A stretch of DNA of 64,000 nt from an uncultured Gammaproteobacteria bacterium (GCA_964511375.1 CAZEEW010000006.1:279-64278), one strand, 5' to 3'. Positions 49,941 to 59,902 are shown, counted from the first letter of the stretch. The notes: a model not told the origin generated them from the letters alone. A program made the numbers and translations.

Positions 49941-49943
49941 AAT

Positions 49944-50516
49944 CTATTCAGTTGCCATAATTATCTTCCCACATTTTTCTTCTATATTACGGACAACTGT
50001 GAACACCTCATCAATGGTTGGTTCGAGGGCAATAAATTCATAACCGTTTTTTAACCGTGCGGTTACACGCCGATCATGGGTTTGCGTGATTTGCCTGACT
50101 TGACATTCTTCAATTAAACCAACCATGGTTTTCCAATTCTCCTCAATAGTAACTGAGGGGTTGGTAGAGGGCGCTAAACAAACAATCGCGCACTTGTTAT
50201 CACTTAAACAACGGGCGGCTTTTTGACAGCCAGAACGTTTACTATCATCTACTGGTAAAACACAATCATCGTCAACTACACAACTATAATCAGTTGATTG
50301 GAAAATTTCGTATGGACAAGGAGCAAAAGAGCAATCAGGACCAGTTCGACCGACCGCGGAACCATCAGCACAAATTTTTGCTTCAGTAGTACAAGCAGTT
50401 TCTTTTGGCTGGTTAAAAAATATTAACCATCCCAATACCAAACCGGTGGTTAATAATAACAAGACCAAAAACAAAAGTAATAAGGAAGATTTTTGCTTTT
50501 TAAAAACTTCTAACAT
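49944..50516 (-). CDS. membrane-anchored Cys-rich secreted protein
   Basis: N-terminal TM/signal, 14 Cys in mature part. Confidence 0.35.
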   Translation of the reverse strand: MLEVFKKQKSSLLLLFLVLLLLTTGLVLGWLIFFNQPKETACTTEAKICADGSAVGRTGPDCSFAPCPYEIFQSTDYSCVVDDDCVLPVDDSKRSGCQKAARCLSDNKCAIVCLAPSTNPSVTIEENWKTMVGLIEECQVRQITQTHDRRVTARLKNGYEFIALEPTIDEVFTVVRNIEEKCGKIIMATE

Positions 50517-50522
50517 ACAAAC

Positions 50523-50723
50523 TTACCATTTTAATTCAAACTCCAACTCCCCACCATTAACATCCTTTTCATGCTCAATTCGAAATTCTACCTCTTCCGG
50601 TACTTTGATTTTCTTTTTCTTAACTTGGATAACAAAACTCGTATCGCTTTCGAGATTTTCAATCAAACGTTTCAATTTATTAATGAAAGCTTGCTTAGAA
50701 ATATTTTTTTCAATTTCACGCAT
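50523..50723 (-). CDS. amphi-Trp domain protein
   Basis: 66 aa ending ...ELEFELKW, matching the characteristic C-terminal ELEIELKW of amphi-Trp domain proteins. Confidence 0.55.
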   Translation of the reverse strand: MREIEKNISKQAFINKLKRLIENLESDTSFVIQVKKKKIKVPEEVEFRIEHEKDVNGGELEFELKW

Positions 50724-50801
50724 ATATTTTATATTAGCATTTTAAGTATAACACCGGATAAATATCATTGTCCAGCATGATTGACAGTACTTTAAACAGT
50801 C

Positions 50802-53800
50802 GTGTGTAATAAAAGTACAGCCAATTTAAAACAAAATATCTTTATACTTTATTTTATTAATATGAAACAAGTCAAACATATTTTCTCGTCCATTACGTTT
50901 GTGACAATATTAAGTTTTGTACTGCTCCCTTTCCAAGGAGTGTTCGCTGCCGCGTACTTAACACTGGAAAGCTTTAGTGGGCCACCGACAACTGTCGTAG
51001 CTAAGGGTGGTGGCTACACGCCCGGCGAAACCATATCGCTCTACGTTGGGTCAGTCGGCAATACGCCGGCAGGAACAGCGACAGCGGGTGAAGATAGTTT
51101 CTGGGGCCCGGTTAATTTAAATCTCCCACCCAACACTCCACAAGGGTCAGTCACTATTACAGCCGTAGGGACGATTAATACTGATCCTCAAACTAATAGC
51201 TACTATGTTGTGCCGTTTAATCCGAGCATTACCATGACCGGTAACGATACCCCTGGTAGTATTTTAACAATTACTGGGCAAGGATATGCACCAGATGAAT
51301 CTGTGCGTTTTGAAATAAACGGACAAGAAGTTGGTACGGTTAATACCGACGCCACAGGTAGTTTTAATGACGGTAATGCAACAATACCTAGTTTAGTGGT
51401 TGGAAATTATGAATTACATGCGGTCGGTCAGTCATCAGGAGCCAAAGCGATTGGTTATCTATATGTTGGCACATTTTACCCAAGCGTAACCCCGTCAACA
51501 TATTATCTGCTACCAACCCAAGTTCTAAACTTCTCAGGCTCTGGTTTCGCAGCCAATGAAACAATCCGCGTATTCGAAGGACAAAACCAGACAGCGCTGG
51601 CATCTTTTTCCGCTGAAGCCGATGGTAGTTTTACAAGCCAAGGAAATCTAACTATGCCTTTAAGCTTTGCAGGTACTAAAGTATTTAAGCTTGTTGGTTT
51701 AACTAGTGGTGGTACAGCACAGATAGAAGTAACCGTTGGGAACTTTAATCCATATGTTTCGCCTTCATCCTACTACCTCTTACCAGGTGAAGTCTTAACT
51801 TTTTCCGGTGGTGGCTTTGCAACGAATGAAACCGTAGAGATTTTTGCTGGAAAAACTAAGGTTTCCCAATTCACAACTGACGAAAAAGGAAATTTTTCGG
51901 CAGCCGGAAGTTATGTTATCCCCTTTGACTGGTTAAACTCCAGTCGAACATTCCGCTTGGTTGGACAGACTGGCGGCGGAAGCGCTGATGTGACTCTAAC
52001 AGTTGGACAATTTAATTCCTTAGTAAGTCCTTCTGCTTATTTCCTCATGGCCGGTGACGATATTAGTTTTTCTGGTAATGGATTTTCAAGTGGCGAAACA
52101 ATCGTCATACATGAGGGTAGTAATCCAGAGCTTCTTTCGACAATTACTACTGATCAGAATGGCAACTTTACTAATTCTGGTACCATAACTATTCCTTTTA
52201 ACTGGGCAAACAGTAGTCGAACTTTTTATTTCACGGCGGAAAATAGTCGAACCGAAGCGCAAGTAATTATTACTGTTTCGGAATTTTCACCTCAAGTATC
52301 CCCTTCCAGCTACTATGTTCTCCCCGGAGATACAATTACCTTTAATGGCTCGGGATTTGGTAAGGGGGAAAAAATAAACGTGACAGAAGGCAATAACAAT
52401 ACTGTCTTATCCACCATAACAGCAGATGATACCGGAGCATTTACCGAGAACGGAGCTTTTTACATTCCTTATGATTGGAGCAATAAAAGAACTTTACATT
52501 TGCGCGGTTTAAGTAGCAACGCTTTAAGCCATGTGGACATAACCATTGCCTCCTTCAATCCAAGTTTAGTTCCCTCCACCTATTATGTTCTACCCGGTCG
52601 GACAGTAACCATATCTGGAAACGGCTTCGCCGCTAACGAAGAAGTGGAAGTTAAAATGAACGGTGGTTCGCCAATTGCAATTATGACTACTTCAACTGGC
52701 GGGTTTCAAGACGCTGGACCATTTACTGCACCATTTAGTGGAAACAGCATCCTCTTCGAAGTCCGCGGCAAAACCAGCGGCGTGAATAGCAGCTTGAATA
52801 TTACTCTCGGCACCTTATCCCCGGTGGTTGAGTTAGATAATTATTACGCTCAACCAGGAACAACGATTAATGTATTAGCTACTGGGTTTGGGTCAAACGA
52901 AACCCTAACAATTAAATTAGGTTCCGCGACCACTCAAGCTACGACCAATAGCGAAGGCACCGCAAGCTCAACACCGATCACTATCCCGTTAGACGTAAAC
53001 GGACCAATGGTCAATGTTACGATTAGCGGTAACACTAGTGGTGTAAGCGGGTCTACTTCGCTTACACTCGCACCATTTGCTCCACAACTTGAACCAAGCA
53101 CCTGGTACACGACTCCTGGTACAACCGTAACTTTCACAGGATCTGGATTTAGCGGTAATGAAACGGTTAATATCCAGCTGAACAATGCCAATGTCGGGAC
53201 AGCCACAACAAATGCGAACGGTGGATTTACAAGTGAAGCCATAACTATTCCCTATAATGCCTCGAGCGCACACTTCACCTTTAACGGACAGTCGTCACAT
53301 GCCAATGCTTCCATCGACATTTCTCTTGCCGGCTTTATCCACCAAGTCGAGCCAAGCACTTGGTATACACCAGCAGGATCAAATGTTACCTTTACAGGTA
53401 GTGGCTTTGCGAACGGAGAAACTATTACGATAACGTTAAACAACAACGAGGTTGGAACAGTAACCGTAAACGGTGAAGGTGGGTTTACTACCAACGCGAT
53501 TATCATTCCTTACGGCACTAATGCCGCCAACTTTAAGTTTGTCGGCAGTAGTAGCGGAGCCAATGTTTCAATACCGATTACTATCGCGGAATTAAGTGCG
53601 GCGGTGGTGCTTTCAACATACTATGCTAATGGAGGATCACCATTAACAGTGACAGGTATGGGATTTGGCAGCAATGAAAATGTGGCAATTACTTTTGGTG
53701 GTCAAAATTTAGGGACCGCAACAGCTAACGGAAACGGTGACTTTACCCTGGAAACAACTGTGCCATATCTAACCGCCGGAGACAAGTCTGTGCAGGCCAA

Positions 53801-54128
53801 AGGAGAAAACAGTAACGCAATCGCCACCACCAACTTTACTATGCCGACTGTATATGTCAGCCTGGAACTAGGTTCCTATGCCGGAGCGTCAGGCAGTAAT
53901 GTTAACTTCATAGGAAGTGGCTACTTGCCAAGTGAGCCAATCCAGGTAATGACGGATCGTACTGGGGAAAATGTAGTACACAATTTCTCTAGCGATGCCT
54001 CGGGTAATTTCAATAACTCTGGTTATACCGTGCCAACTGATTTCGTAGAGGGGCCGTTGAATATAACTGTCAAAGGCGAACACGGTCTGACGCCAATTAA
54101 TATTACCTATTATGTAACCGGTGGCTAG
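50802..54128 (+). CDS. large secreted/anchored protein built of about 13 tandem 87-92-aa Ig-like (IPT/TIG-like) repeats
   Basis: N-terminal TM/signal; recurring unit ...P(S)TYY(L)LPG-TVTF-G-GF--NETV-I--G...; Thr/Ser/Asn/Gly-rich. Confidence 0.7.
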   Translation: MCNKSTANLKQNIFILYFINMKQVKHIFSSITFVTILSFVLLPFQGVFAAAYLTLESFSGPPTTVVAKGGGYTPGETISLYVGSVGNTPAGTATAGEDSFWGPVNLNLPPNTPQGSVTITAVGTINTDPQTNSYYVVPFNPSITMTGNDTPGSILTITGQGYAPDESVRFEINGQEVGTVNTDATGSFNDGNATIPSLVVGNYELHAVGQSSGAKAIGYLYVGTFYPSVTPSTYYLLPTQVLNFSGSGFAANETIRVFEGQNQTALASFSAEADGSFTSQGNLTMPLSFAGTKVFKLVGLTSGGTAQIEVTVGNFNPYVSPSSYYLLPGEVLTFSGGGFATNETVEIFAGKTKVSQFTTDEKGNFSAAGSYVIPFDWLNSSRTFRLVGQTGGGSADVTLTVGQFNSLVSPSAYFLMAGDDISFSGNGFSSGETIVIHEGSNPELLSTITTDQNGNFTNSGTITIPFNWANSSRTFYFTAENSRTEAQVIITVSEFSPQVSPSSYYVLPGDTITFNGSGFGKGEKINVTEGNNNTVLSTITADDTGAFTENGAFYIPYDWSNKRTLHLRGLSSNALSHVDITIASFNPSLVPSTYYVLPGRTVTISGNGFAANEEVEVKMNGGSPIAIMTTSTGGFQDAGPFTAPFSGNSILFEVRGKTSGVNSSLNITLGTLSPVVELDNYYAQPGTTINVLATGFGSNETLTIKLGSATTQATTNSEGTASSTPITIPLDVNGPMVNVTISGNTSGVSGSTSLTLAPFAPQLEPSTWYTTPGTTVTFTGSGFSGNETVNIQLNNANVGTATTNANGGFTSEAITIPYNASSAHFTFNGQSSHANASIDISLAGFIHQVEPSTWYTPAGSNVTFTGSGFANGETITITLNNNEVGTVTVNGEGGFTTNAIIIPYGTNAANFKFVGSSSGANVSIPITIAELSAAVVLSTYYANGGSPLTVTGMGFGSNENVAITFGGQNLGTATANGNGDFTLETTVPYLTAGDKSVQAKGENSNAIATTNFTMPTVYVSLELGSYAGASGSNVNFIGSGYLPSEPIQVMTDRTGENVVHNFSSDASGNFNNSGYTVPTDFVEGPLNITVKGEHGLTPINITYYVTGG
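51472..54060 (+). repeat. diverged tandem coding repeats (period about 265-285 nt) inside the 1108-aa gene
   Basis: Protein-level periodicity; DNA copies are diverged, not identical. Confidence 0.6.
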
Positions 54129-54142
54129 AAAAGGACAAAAAA

Positions 54143-54190
54143 ACGAGCCGAAAGCAAAATACATTATTGCCCCGTCGGCTCGTTTTGTTA
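54143..54190 (+). terminator. terminator hairpin ACGAGCCGA-23nt loop-TCGGCTCGT + TTTGTT after the repeat-protein gene
   Basis: 9-bp perfect stem and U-tract 15 nt after stop codon. Confidence 0.45.
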
Positions 54191-54563
54191 TTAATAATAT
54201 GTTACTTAGCGGCTCAAAAAAGCTAAAAGCTCATACACCACAAAAACCGGCCAAACTAATGCTTTTAACAAACCGACCACACCCATCCAGAATCCTGTGG
54301 CGTTACTTATGTAATAAATAGCGGCTCCGATTATGCCCAACCCGTACACAGCATCACCGCCATGACCATTTTTATTCCCGCACATATATATTGAATTAGT
54401 GAATTTAAATCCTCCTAAATTTTAGCACAAAGCGGGCTGAATAACAATTTTAGAGTTCGGTTTTGTCAGCTTGACCTTTATAACCATTTTCACTACGTTA
54501 AATATATAGTGACAATTAACTCCTAATGGAGTTTAAACGTTAATTTTTAATGTTTATCTACAT

Positions 54564-54947
54564 ATGCCAAACACATCTATTATGGGCAACCGCATAGCTA
54601 CAGTCAGGACTTTGGGGGGTATAGATATTGTTCTTGGACTGTGGTTAATTGTCAGCCCATTCCTCCTTGGTTATGCTAATCTAACTACTCCACTTTGGAA
54701 TAGTATTATAATTGGTGTTGCCGTAGCCGCACTTGCCGCTACCCAAACCAGTCGCGAGGGTTATCGCCGGGGCTGGACAGGCTGGGTCAATGTTGTTCTT
54801 GGTATTTGGTTGATCTTTTCTCCTTTTATACTGGGCTTTGCAGACGTGACATCAGCATTATGGAATAACATTATCCTGGGTATTGCTATTACAGTGCTCG
54901 CCGCCTGGAGCGCGCTCTATTCCGCTCCGAATAATACTCAAGTGTAA
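54564..54947 (+). CDS. SPW-repeat membrane protein
   Basis: Two copies of W-x-x-SPF-LG (WLIVSPFLLGY, WLIFSPFILGF) each followed by LWN, four TM helices. Confidence 0.6.
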   Translation: MPNTSIMGNRIATVRTLGGIDIVLGLWLIVSPFLLGYANLTTPLWNSIIIGVAVAALAATQTSREGYRRGWTGWVNVVLGIWLIFSPFILGFADVTSALWNNIILGIAITVLAAWSALYSAPNNTQV

Positions 54948-55000
54948 CCACAAATAAAGTAAAACCAGCCTTTTAGGCTGGTTTTATATTAAAGTCGTAT

Positions 55001-55498
55001 TTACTTTTTGGCTTTAACTTTTTTTGCCGGAGTTTTAACTTTTTTTGCACCCAGCTTTTTAGCTTTAACTTCTTTCTCTACAGATTTTGGTTCAGCCTTT
55101 AAATTTTGACTAGGGCTGGAGAGAGCAAATAACATCGTCATAATTTTCTCGAGCTTCAGATTTAAAGCCTCAAAATCTGCCTTTGTTACACCATTAGATA
55201 CTGGCGTGCTTCTCCGGTCAAAGCCGCTCGATCCAGTACTCTCCCGACGGAAACTACCGCCAAAACTTTTTTGGGCAAAACGAGGACTCGGACCACCGTC
55301 TTTTTTAAAGCAGTTATTACAAAGCACTGGTCGATCACCAGTTGGACGAAACGGAACCTGACAATCGTCTCCACATTCGGTACAAGTAGCTGAAAACATC
55401 TGTTTTGGTCCACCGCCATGCCCGCCAAAACGTCGTGGTCCACCACCAAAACCACCACGACCACTACGTCCTTTATCAAACCGGTTAAAATTTCCCAT
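55001..55498 (-). CDS. CxxC-x17-CxxC zinc-ribbon protein with N-terminal RGG/Gly-Arg-rich region and C-terminal Lys-rich (histone H1-like) tail
   Basis: CTEC-17 residues-CNNC exactly fits the CxxC-x17-CxxC domain spacing; RGG repeats; KKxxAKKVK tail. Confidence 0.55.
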   Translation of the reverse strand: MGNFNRFDKGRSGRGGFGGGPRRFGGHGGGPKQMFSATCTECGDDCQVPFRPTGDRPVLCNNCFKKDGGPSPRFAQKSFGGSFRRESTGSSGFDRRSTPVSNGVTKADFEALNLKLEKIMTMLFALSSPSQNLKAEPKSVEKEVKAKKLGAKKVKTPAKKVKAKK

Positions 55499-55589
55499 AG
55501 AATGAAATAGTTAATAAACGTGCAACAGCCGACAGTGTAGCACAATATCCATAATAATACAAATCATTAACAGAAGCTCGAGCCAGTTT

Positions 55590-56054
55590 TTAACGCACTG
55601 CTACTCGTCCACCAATCTCGATCAAAAGATCAGTTAGTGATACTAGTTCTTTGCTACGCTTGGCAGAGATAAAATCTTCGGCAAGTACTTCTAAACGCTC
55701 TAAAGCCTCTTTTAATTTTTCTCTCCCCGCTGCTGTCGAACTGACAAAACGTACCCGGGCGTCTTCTTCCGCTGGACCACTTTCTACATAATGTACTTTT
55801 TCCATAGGAAGCAACAGACGTGTAACGCCCGAAGGGGTCATGCCAACTTTGTCTGCAAGATCAACACGACGTAACTTCTGATCTTCAGCTTGGTCCAGGT
55901 AATACAAAATTAAGAATTCGTTAAAACCAAGACCGCCTAAACCACGGTCAAAACGGTTGTTCAGGATAGATTGGGTTTTGCCTATGGTGATAAAAAATTT
56001 AATCGCCGGATTATTATTGACCATAATATATTTGCTATATAATTGATTAATCAA
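55590..56054 (-). CDS. MarR-family transcriptional regulator
   Basis: wHTH LRRVDLADKVGMTPSGVTRLL. Confidence 0.75.
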   Translation of the reverse strand: MINQLYSKYIMVNNNPAIKFFITIGKTQSILNNRFDRGLGGLGFNEFLILYYLDQAEDQKLRRVDLADKVGMTPSGVTRLLLPMEKVHYVESGPAEEDARVRFVSSTAAGREKLKEALERLEVLAEDFISAKRSKELVSLTDLLIEIGGRVAVR

Positions 56055-56153
56055 GTATATAACAAGTAAACAAACCTGTCAAATTGTATGCCTGTTACAA
56101 CTGAAGAAAGATGGGGTATAATTAATGTGCTAATTAATTACTAAGCTATTAAT

Positions 56154-56681
56154 ATGACAAAACAACCAATTTCTCGCAGAACTAAATTTATCGTAGCGCT
56201 CGCAATTATCGGTGCTATCATCTTCGGTAGTTATGCAATATATTTAATATATTCCTTAGCAACCTATAAAGGAGACTTCTACCCACCGCGGGGAGAAAAT
56301 GTAGAAAAAGAAACAATAGTTTTAAACACTAACTACATTAATACTGTGGAATGGCCGCCCGTGACAACGATTCAAACTGGCGTCAGCAGCGTTGACTGTA
56401 AGGAAACGAGAGCGGAAAGCAGTTTGCCAGATCGAGTCAGACGCCAGACAATTAACGGGAGAGACTATTGTATTAGTACTAGAAGTGAAGGTGCAGCGGG
56501 CAAGACATATACCATGTACACATATACAACGATTAAAAATAACAACTTAGTTAAAGTTGACTTTACTTTGAAGTATCCCCAATGCCTTAATTATGATGAG
56601 CCAGAAAAAACGGCATGCACTGAAGAAAGAGAAAACTTCAATTTAGACGAACTAATCGATCGATTGGTTAGAGCAATATAA
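56154..56681 (+). CDS. hypothetical membrane-anchored protein
   Basis: ORF track; N-terminal TM. Confidence 0.4.
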   Translation: MTKQPISRRTKFIVALAIIGAIIFGSYAIYLIYSLATYKGDFYPPRGENVEKETIVLNTNYINTVEWPPVTTIQTGVSSVDCKETRAESSLPDRVRRQTINGRDYCISTRSEGAAGKTYTMYTYTTIKNNNLVKVDFTLKYPQCLNYDEPEKTACTEERENFNLDELIDRLVRAI

Positions 56682-56724
56682 CTACTTCCCTATTAAACTA
56701 CTCGGCATTTCCATTTTTGTTTGC

Positions 56725-57426
56725 CTATTGAATACCCAAAGAATTTATATCTTCATGTGATATAACATTCAGGTTAACGAGACGATTGAGTAAAGTTTCC
56801 ATGTCTGTGTACAAAATTGGCAAATACCCAACTGTGTTTGCTGTTTCCAGACTTTTGACGGAGTCATCAATAAAAATTAAATCTTTTGTTTCTACGCCCA
56901 GACGTCCAGCAAAGATTCTAAATATTTCCGGATCCGGTTTCATTACCTGCTCTTCCACTGAAAAGACAACGACATCAAAAAGGTCCTCGACGCCATGTTT
57001 TCGGATTTCTCCTGCGCCAGCAGACGACATATTGCTTAGCAATCCCACTTTATATCCGCGCTGTTTCAGGAGTTTAACCAGAGAAAACATTGGTTGGTTA
57101 ATAGCACCACCGGACAAGTCTTCGATATATACGAGGAAACGATCTAATTCTTCAGCTCGACCGAGTTCAGTGAAAATTATCTTCCAAAAATCCTGATACT
57201 TGCACTCCCGAATATTTAATAAATGATTATGACGAAAATACACCTCGCGTGCTTCCTCAACGGGAATATGCAAAAAATCTGCTACCGTATGGTACAACTT
57301 AAAAGCGTAAACAAATAATACCCCACCCCAGTCAAAACCGATGGCTTTTCTACCCATAAATATTAGTAGTCTAATTCTTGAAAAGATTTGGATTATTTTT
57401 AATAAATAATCCAAGAAGACGCGCAA
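56725..57426 (-). CDS. HAD-superfamily hydrolase
   Basis: Motif I GFDWGGVL, motif IV-like FIDDS; likely shorter true start. Confidence 0.55.
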   Translation of the reverse strand: MRVFLDYLLKIIQIFSRIRLLIFMGRKAIGFDWGGVLFVYAFKLYHTVADFLHIPVEEAREVYFRHNHLLNIRECKYQDFWKIIFTELGRAEELDRFLVYIEDLSGGAINQPMFSLVKLLKQRGYKVGLLSNMSSAGAGEIRKHGVEDLFDVVVFSVEEQVMKPDPEIFRIFAGRLGVETKDLIFIDDSVKSLETANTVGYLPILYTDMETLLNRLVNLNVISHEDINSLGIQ

Positions 57427-57994
57427 AATAACCTTTAGTTAAGCCTTTTAAATAAAGGTATCCGGCAGCTGAAGCGAAAAATGCGCCCAAACTATCGCTA
57501 ATTAAATCCCACATGGTATCTACTAACCCGGTAGTTTGCATTTTTGTACCAAATATTTGATCAATAGTAAACTCATATATTTCCCACAACGCACCCAAAG
57601 CCAAAGAAAAAGCGAAAGAAAAAACCGCTAACCAAACAGGACGAACGCTTAGATTGTTAGTTTGGAAGAGCACCAGTAGGATCACAAAACCAGCCAGAGC
57701 GAAAGCCATAGCGGAGCTGGTATGCAAAAGTATGTCCCACCACCAAAAATAATCATAAAATTTAGTAACTGAACCTAGAAAAAGGCTAGCGTAAACAAAC
57801 AAGATAATTATAATTTCAAATCCAATTGGTATGTCTATCCTGTATTTTTTCTCAAACCAGGAAGGCAAAAAGGTTAAAACAATGGTAAAAGTCGAGGTAA
57901 ACAAATTTAACCAACTTGAATAATAGAAAGAAGTGACTACAGCAGCCAATAAAGTGAGCCTTAGAATGTTAACAAATATTTTCATAATAGCCAC
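57371..57994 (-). CDS. hypothetical polytopic membrane protein
   Basis: ORF track; 5-6 TM helices. Confidence 0.4.
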   Translation of the reverse strand: MAIMKIFVNILRLTLLAAVVTSFYYSSWLNLFTSTFTIVLTFLPSWFEKKYRIDIPIGFEIIIILFVYASLFLGSVTKFYDYFWWWDILLHTSSAMAFALAGFVILLVLFQTNNLSVRPVWLAVFSFAFSLALGALWEIYEFTIDQIFGTKMQTTGLVDTMWDLISDSLGAFFASAAGYLYLKGLTKGYFARLLGLFIKNNPNLFKN

Positions 57995-58558
57995 TCTAGG
58001 ATAGTACAGATCTTATTTTTAGACAAGCGTTAAAAATAGTTCCAAGTATTGATGGCTCGGTCATAAAATTTGCTCCAAAATAGTCTGAACTCTTTTCTCT
58101 TTTGGGGCAAAGGGTAAAATCATAAGGTCATAACCTAAATCCTGGTAAACCTTTTTAATAATTTCTCCCTCTCTTTCATAATGAGTAATATCGTAAGGTC
58201 GGTGCGAAGCCAATTCATAAGTATCCTTGTTTCCTTCAAAAATACTACCAAATCATAGGTGCAAGATTTGGAACTTCAAGCATTTTTGACCCTAATTCAA
58301 AATTGTCAAAAATAGCAAAACCAATCTGATCAGGAATCTTCGATCAAAAAAGTTAACTGCTTGGGCGGCATTCTGTTCGCCGGCAAGTAAGGCCGCTTAG
58401 TTTAAGCAGATCCGTAAGATTTTCAGTTGTGGCTAATGTTATATTCATAAAGCTTAATAGTTAAAATATAGTTTGGATTTTAACTCCCGTCAACAAAAAA
58501 TAACGGTCTTGATAAACCACTATTTTATTCGCGGGTATACGGGGCAACTTTTCAACCA

Positions 58559-59902
58559 TCAGCTTCTCTGAGTTATGATTCTACAATTTAGCGATCCACC
58601 ATACACAGTATTCTCAAATCCACTCCTAACTTGTTTCACATTTACGCCAGAATTAGTTATAGCAGCAAAAGATGCATTATCTAACTGTGTCATTGGTCCG
58701 TTTCCATCTGAGCTATACCGGGGCATATACATTCGATAAGCACCACCGGGTTCCTGTTCTACTAAACCATTATTATATGTTACTAACACATCATTAGATG
58801 AGCCTGGAACCAAAGGAATACGCACTACCTCATACCCACCCTCCCTCATTTGAACTGCAATGGCATCTAAATAGGCTTGCTTTTCTGCAATTTCTGACGC
58901 AAGATAATCTTCGTCAAACAATGCGTCAATCATATCCGAATGCATCCTAATTTTACTAGCCAAACCTCGAAACTCATTGTCAACACCAAGAGACTGCCGC
59001 ATGTGAGTCAAGGTCCCCTGCAGTTCCTTTTCAAATTCTTTTTTGAAAGAATCTCTATACTTAGCAAGAGCGTTTACTGCTAATTTGACATCGCCAACCG
59101 CAACTTTTTTTCTTCCGAGCGGTGTAACACAAAGATCGAGGTGGAGAATTGGTTGATAGTAAAATCGAGGCGCATCTTTTTGTAACGGTCCTAACATTTC
59201 CACTGGTTGAGAAAACCAATCCGACATACGCTTCAGCATCTCTGCGATGTTTTGTTCAGTGGGTTTTTTACCAGCTTGTTCGAGGTTAAAATGAATGATT
59301 TTTGGCCCGACAAACAGCGTACCATCAACAGACTTCACATTGCCTCCATCCATAAAAAACGGAGATGATTCTGTGGTCCTGAATCTTCCGTCAGATTTAC
59401 ATAGAACTTTAGCAAACCTTTCAACATCTTGAACTTTCCCCAAAACCCTCTCCATACCAGCAGGGATGATAAGATGGGTACTCTGTCCTGCAACTAACAA
59501 ATAGTCTCTAATCCATCTTTTTTGAACCGATTGAAAGTTATTTGGGACAAAATTAAAAAGACCACTTCCTTCTAGACTTTCGCTTAGATCCTTTTCTATC
59601 GAACTCTTGTCAGAAATTACGACTTCAACAGGAGTGCTGCCGTCGATCTGCTCACGAATTTGTCGTAAAAAAAATAGTTCTAGCAAAGCAGACTCTGACA
59701 TTTCAGTACCACGGCCTGAAAAAGAAAAATCACTATCTCCGCTGAAAAGACCTATTGGAGTACTAACGATTGCCTTTGTTATTCTTCCTTCTGTATCTGA
59801 TACCACTTCTCTTGGTCTGGGGGCCATTTCTGCTCTTTCTATAACAGATTCTCTGGGCTGTTGTTGGAGCAATGGGTAACTTTGAGGAGATTTCTCAGAC
59901 AT
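58559..59902 (-). CDS. guanidino-group-modifying enzyme, agmatine deiminase/PAD_porph-like, with about 100-aa N-terminal extension
   Basis: C-terminal YGGSLNCRIITQ resembles the catalytic-Cys motif GGGNIHCITQQ of agmatine deiminases. Confidence 0.45.
   Translation of the reverse strand: MSEKSPQSYPLLQQQPRESVIERAEMAPRPREVVSDTEGRITKAIVSTPIGLFSGDSDFSFSGRGTEMSESALLELFFLRQIREQIDGSTPVEVVISDKSSIEKDLSESLEGSGLFNFVPNNFQSVQKRWIRDYLLVAGQSTHLIIPAGMERVLGKVQDVERFAKVLCKSDGRFRTTESSPFFMDGGNVKSVDGTLFVGPKIIHFNLEQAGKKPTEQNIAEMLKRMSDWFSQPVEMLGPLQKDAPRFYYQPILHLDLCVTPLGRKKVAVGDVKLAVNALAKYRDSFKKEFEKELQGTLTHMRQSLGVDNEFRGLASKIRMHSDMIDALFDEDYLASEIAEKQAYLDAIAVQMREGGYEVVRIPLVPGSSNDVLVTYNNGLVEQEPGGAYRMYMPRYSSDGNGPMTQLDNASFAAITNSGVNVKQVRSGFENTVYGGSLNCRIITQRS

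Noticed and set aside
38953-54157. Shared 11-mer ACGAGCCGAAA in two terminator-like hairpins (about 38953 and about 54147) as a dispersed repeat family
   Set aside because: Only two copies and short. Within chance expectation.
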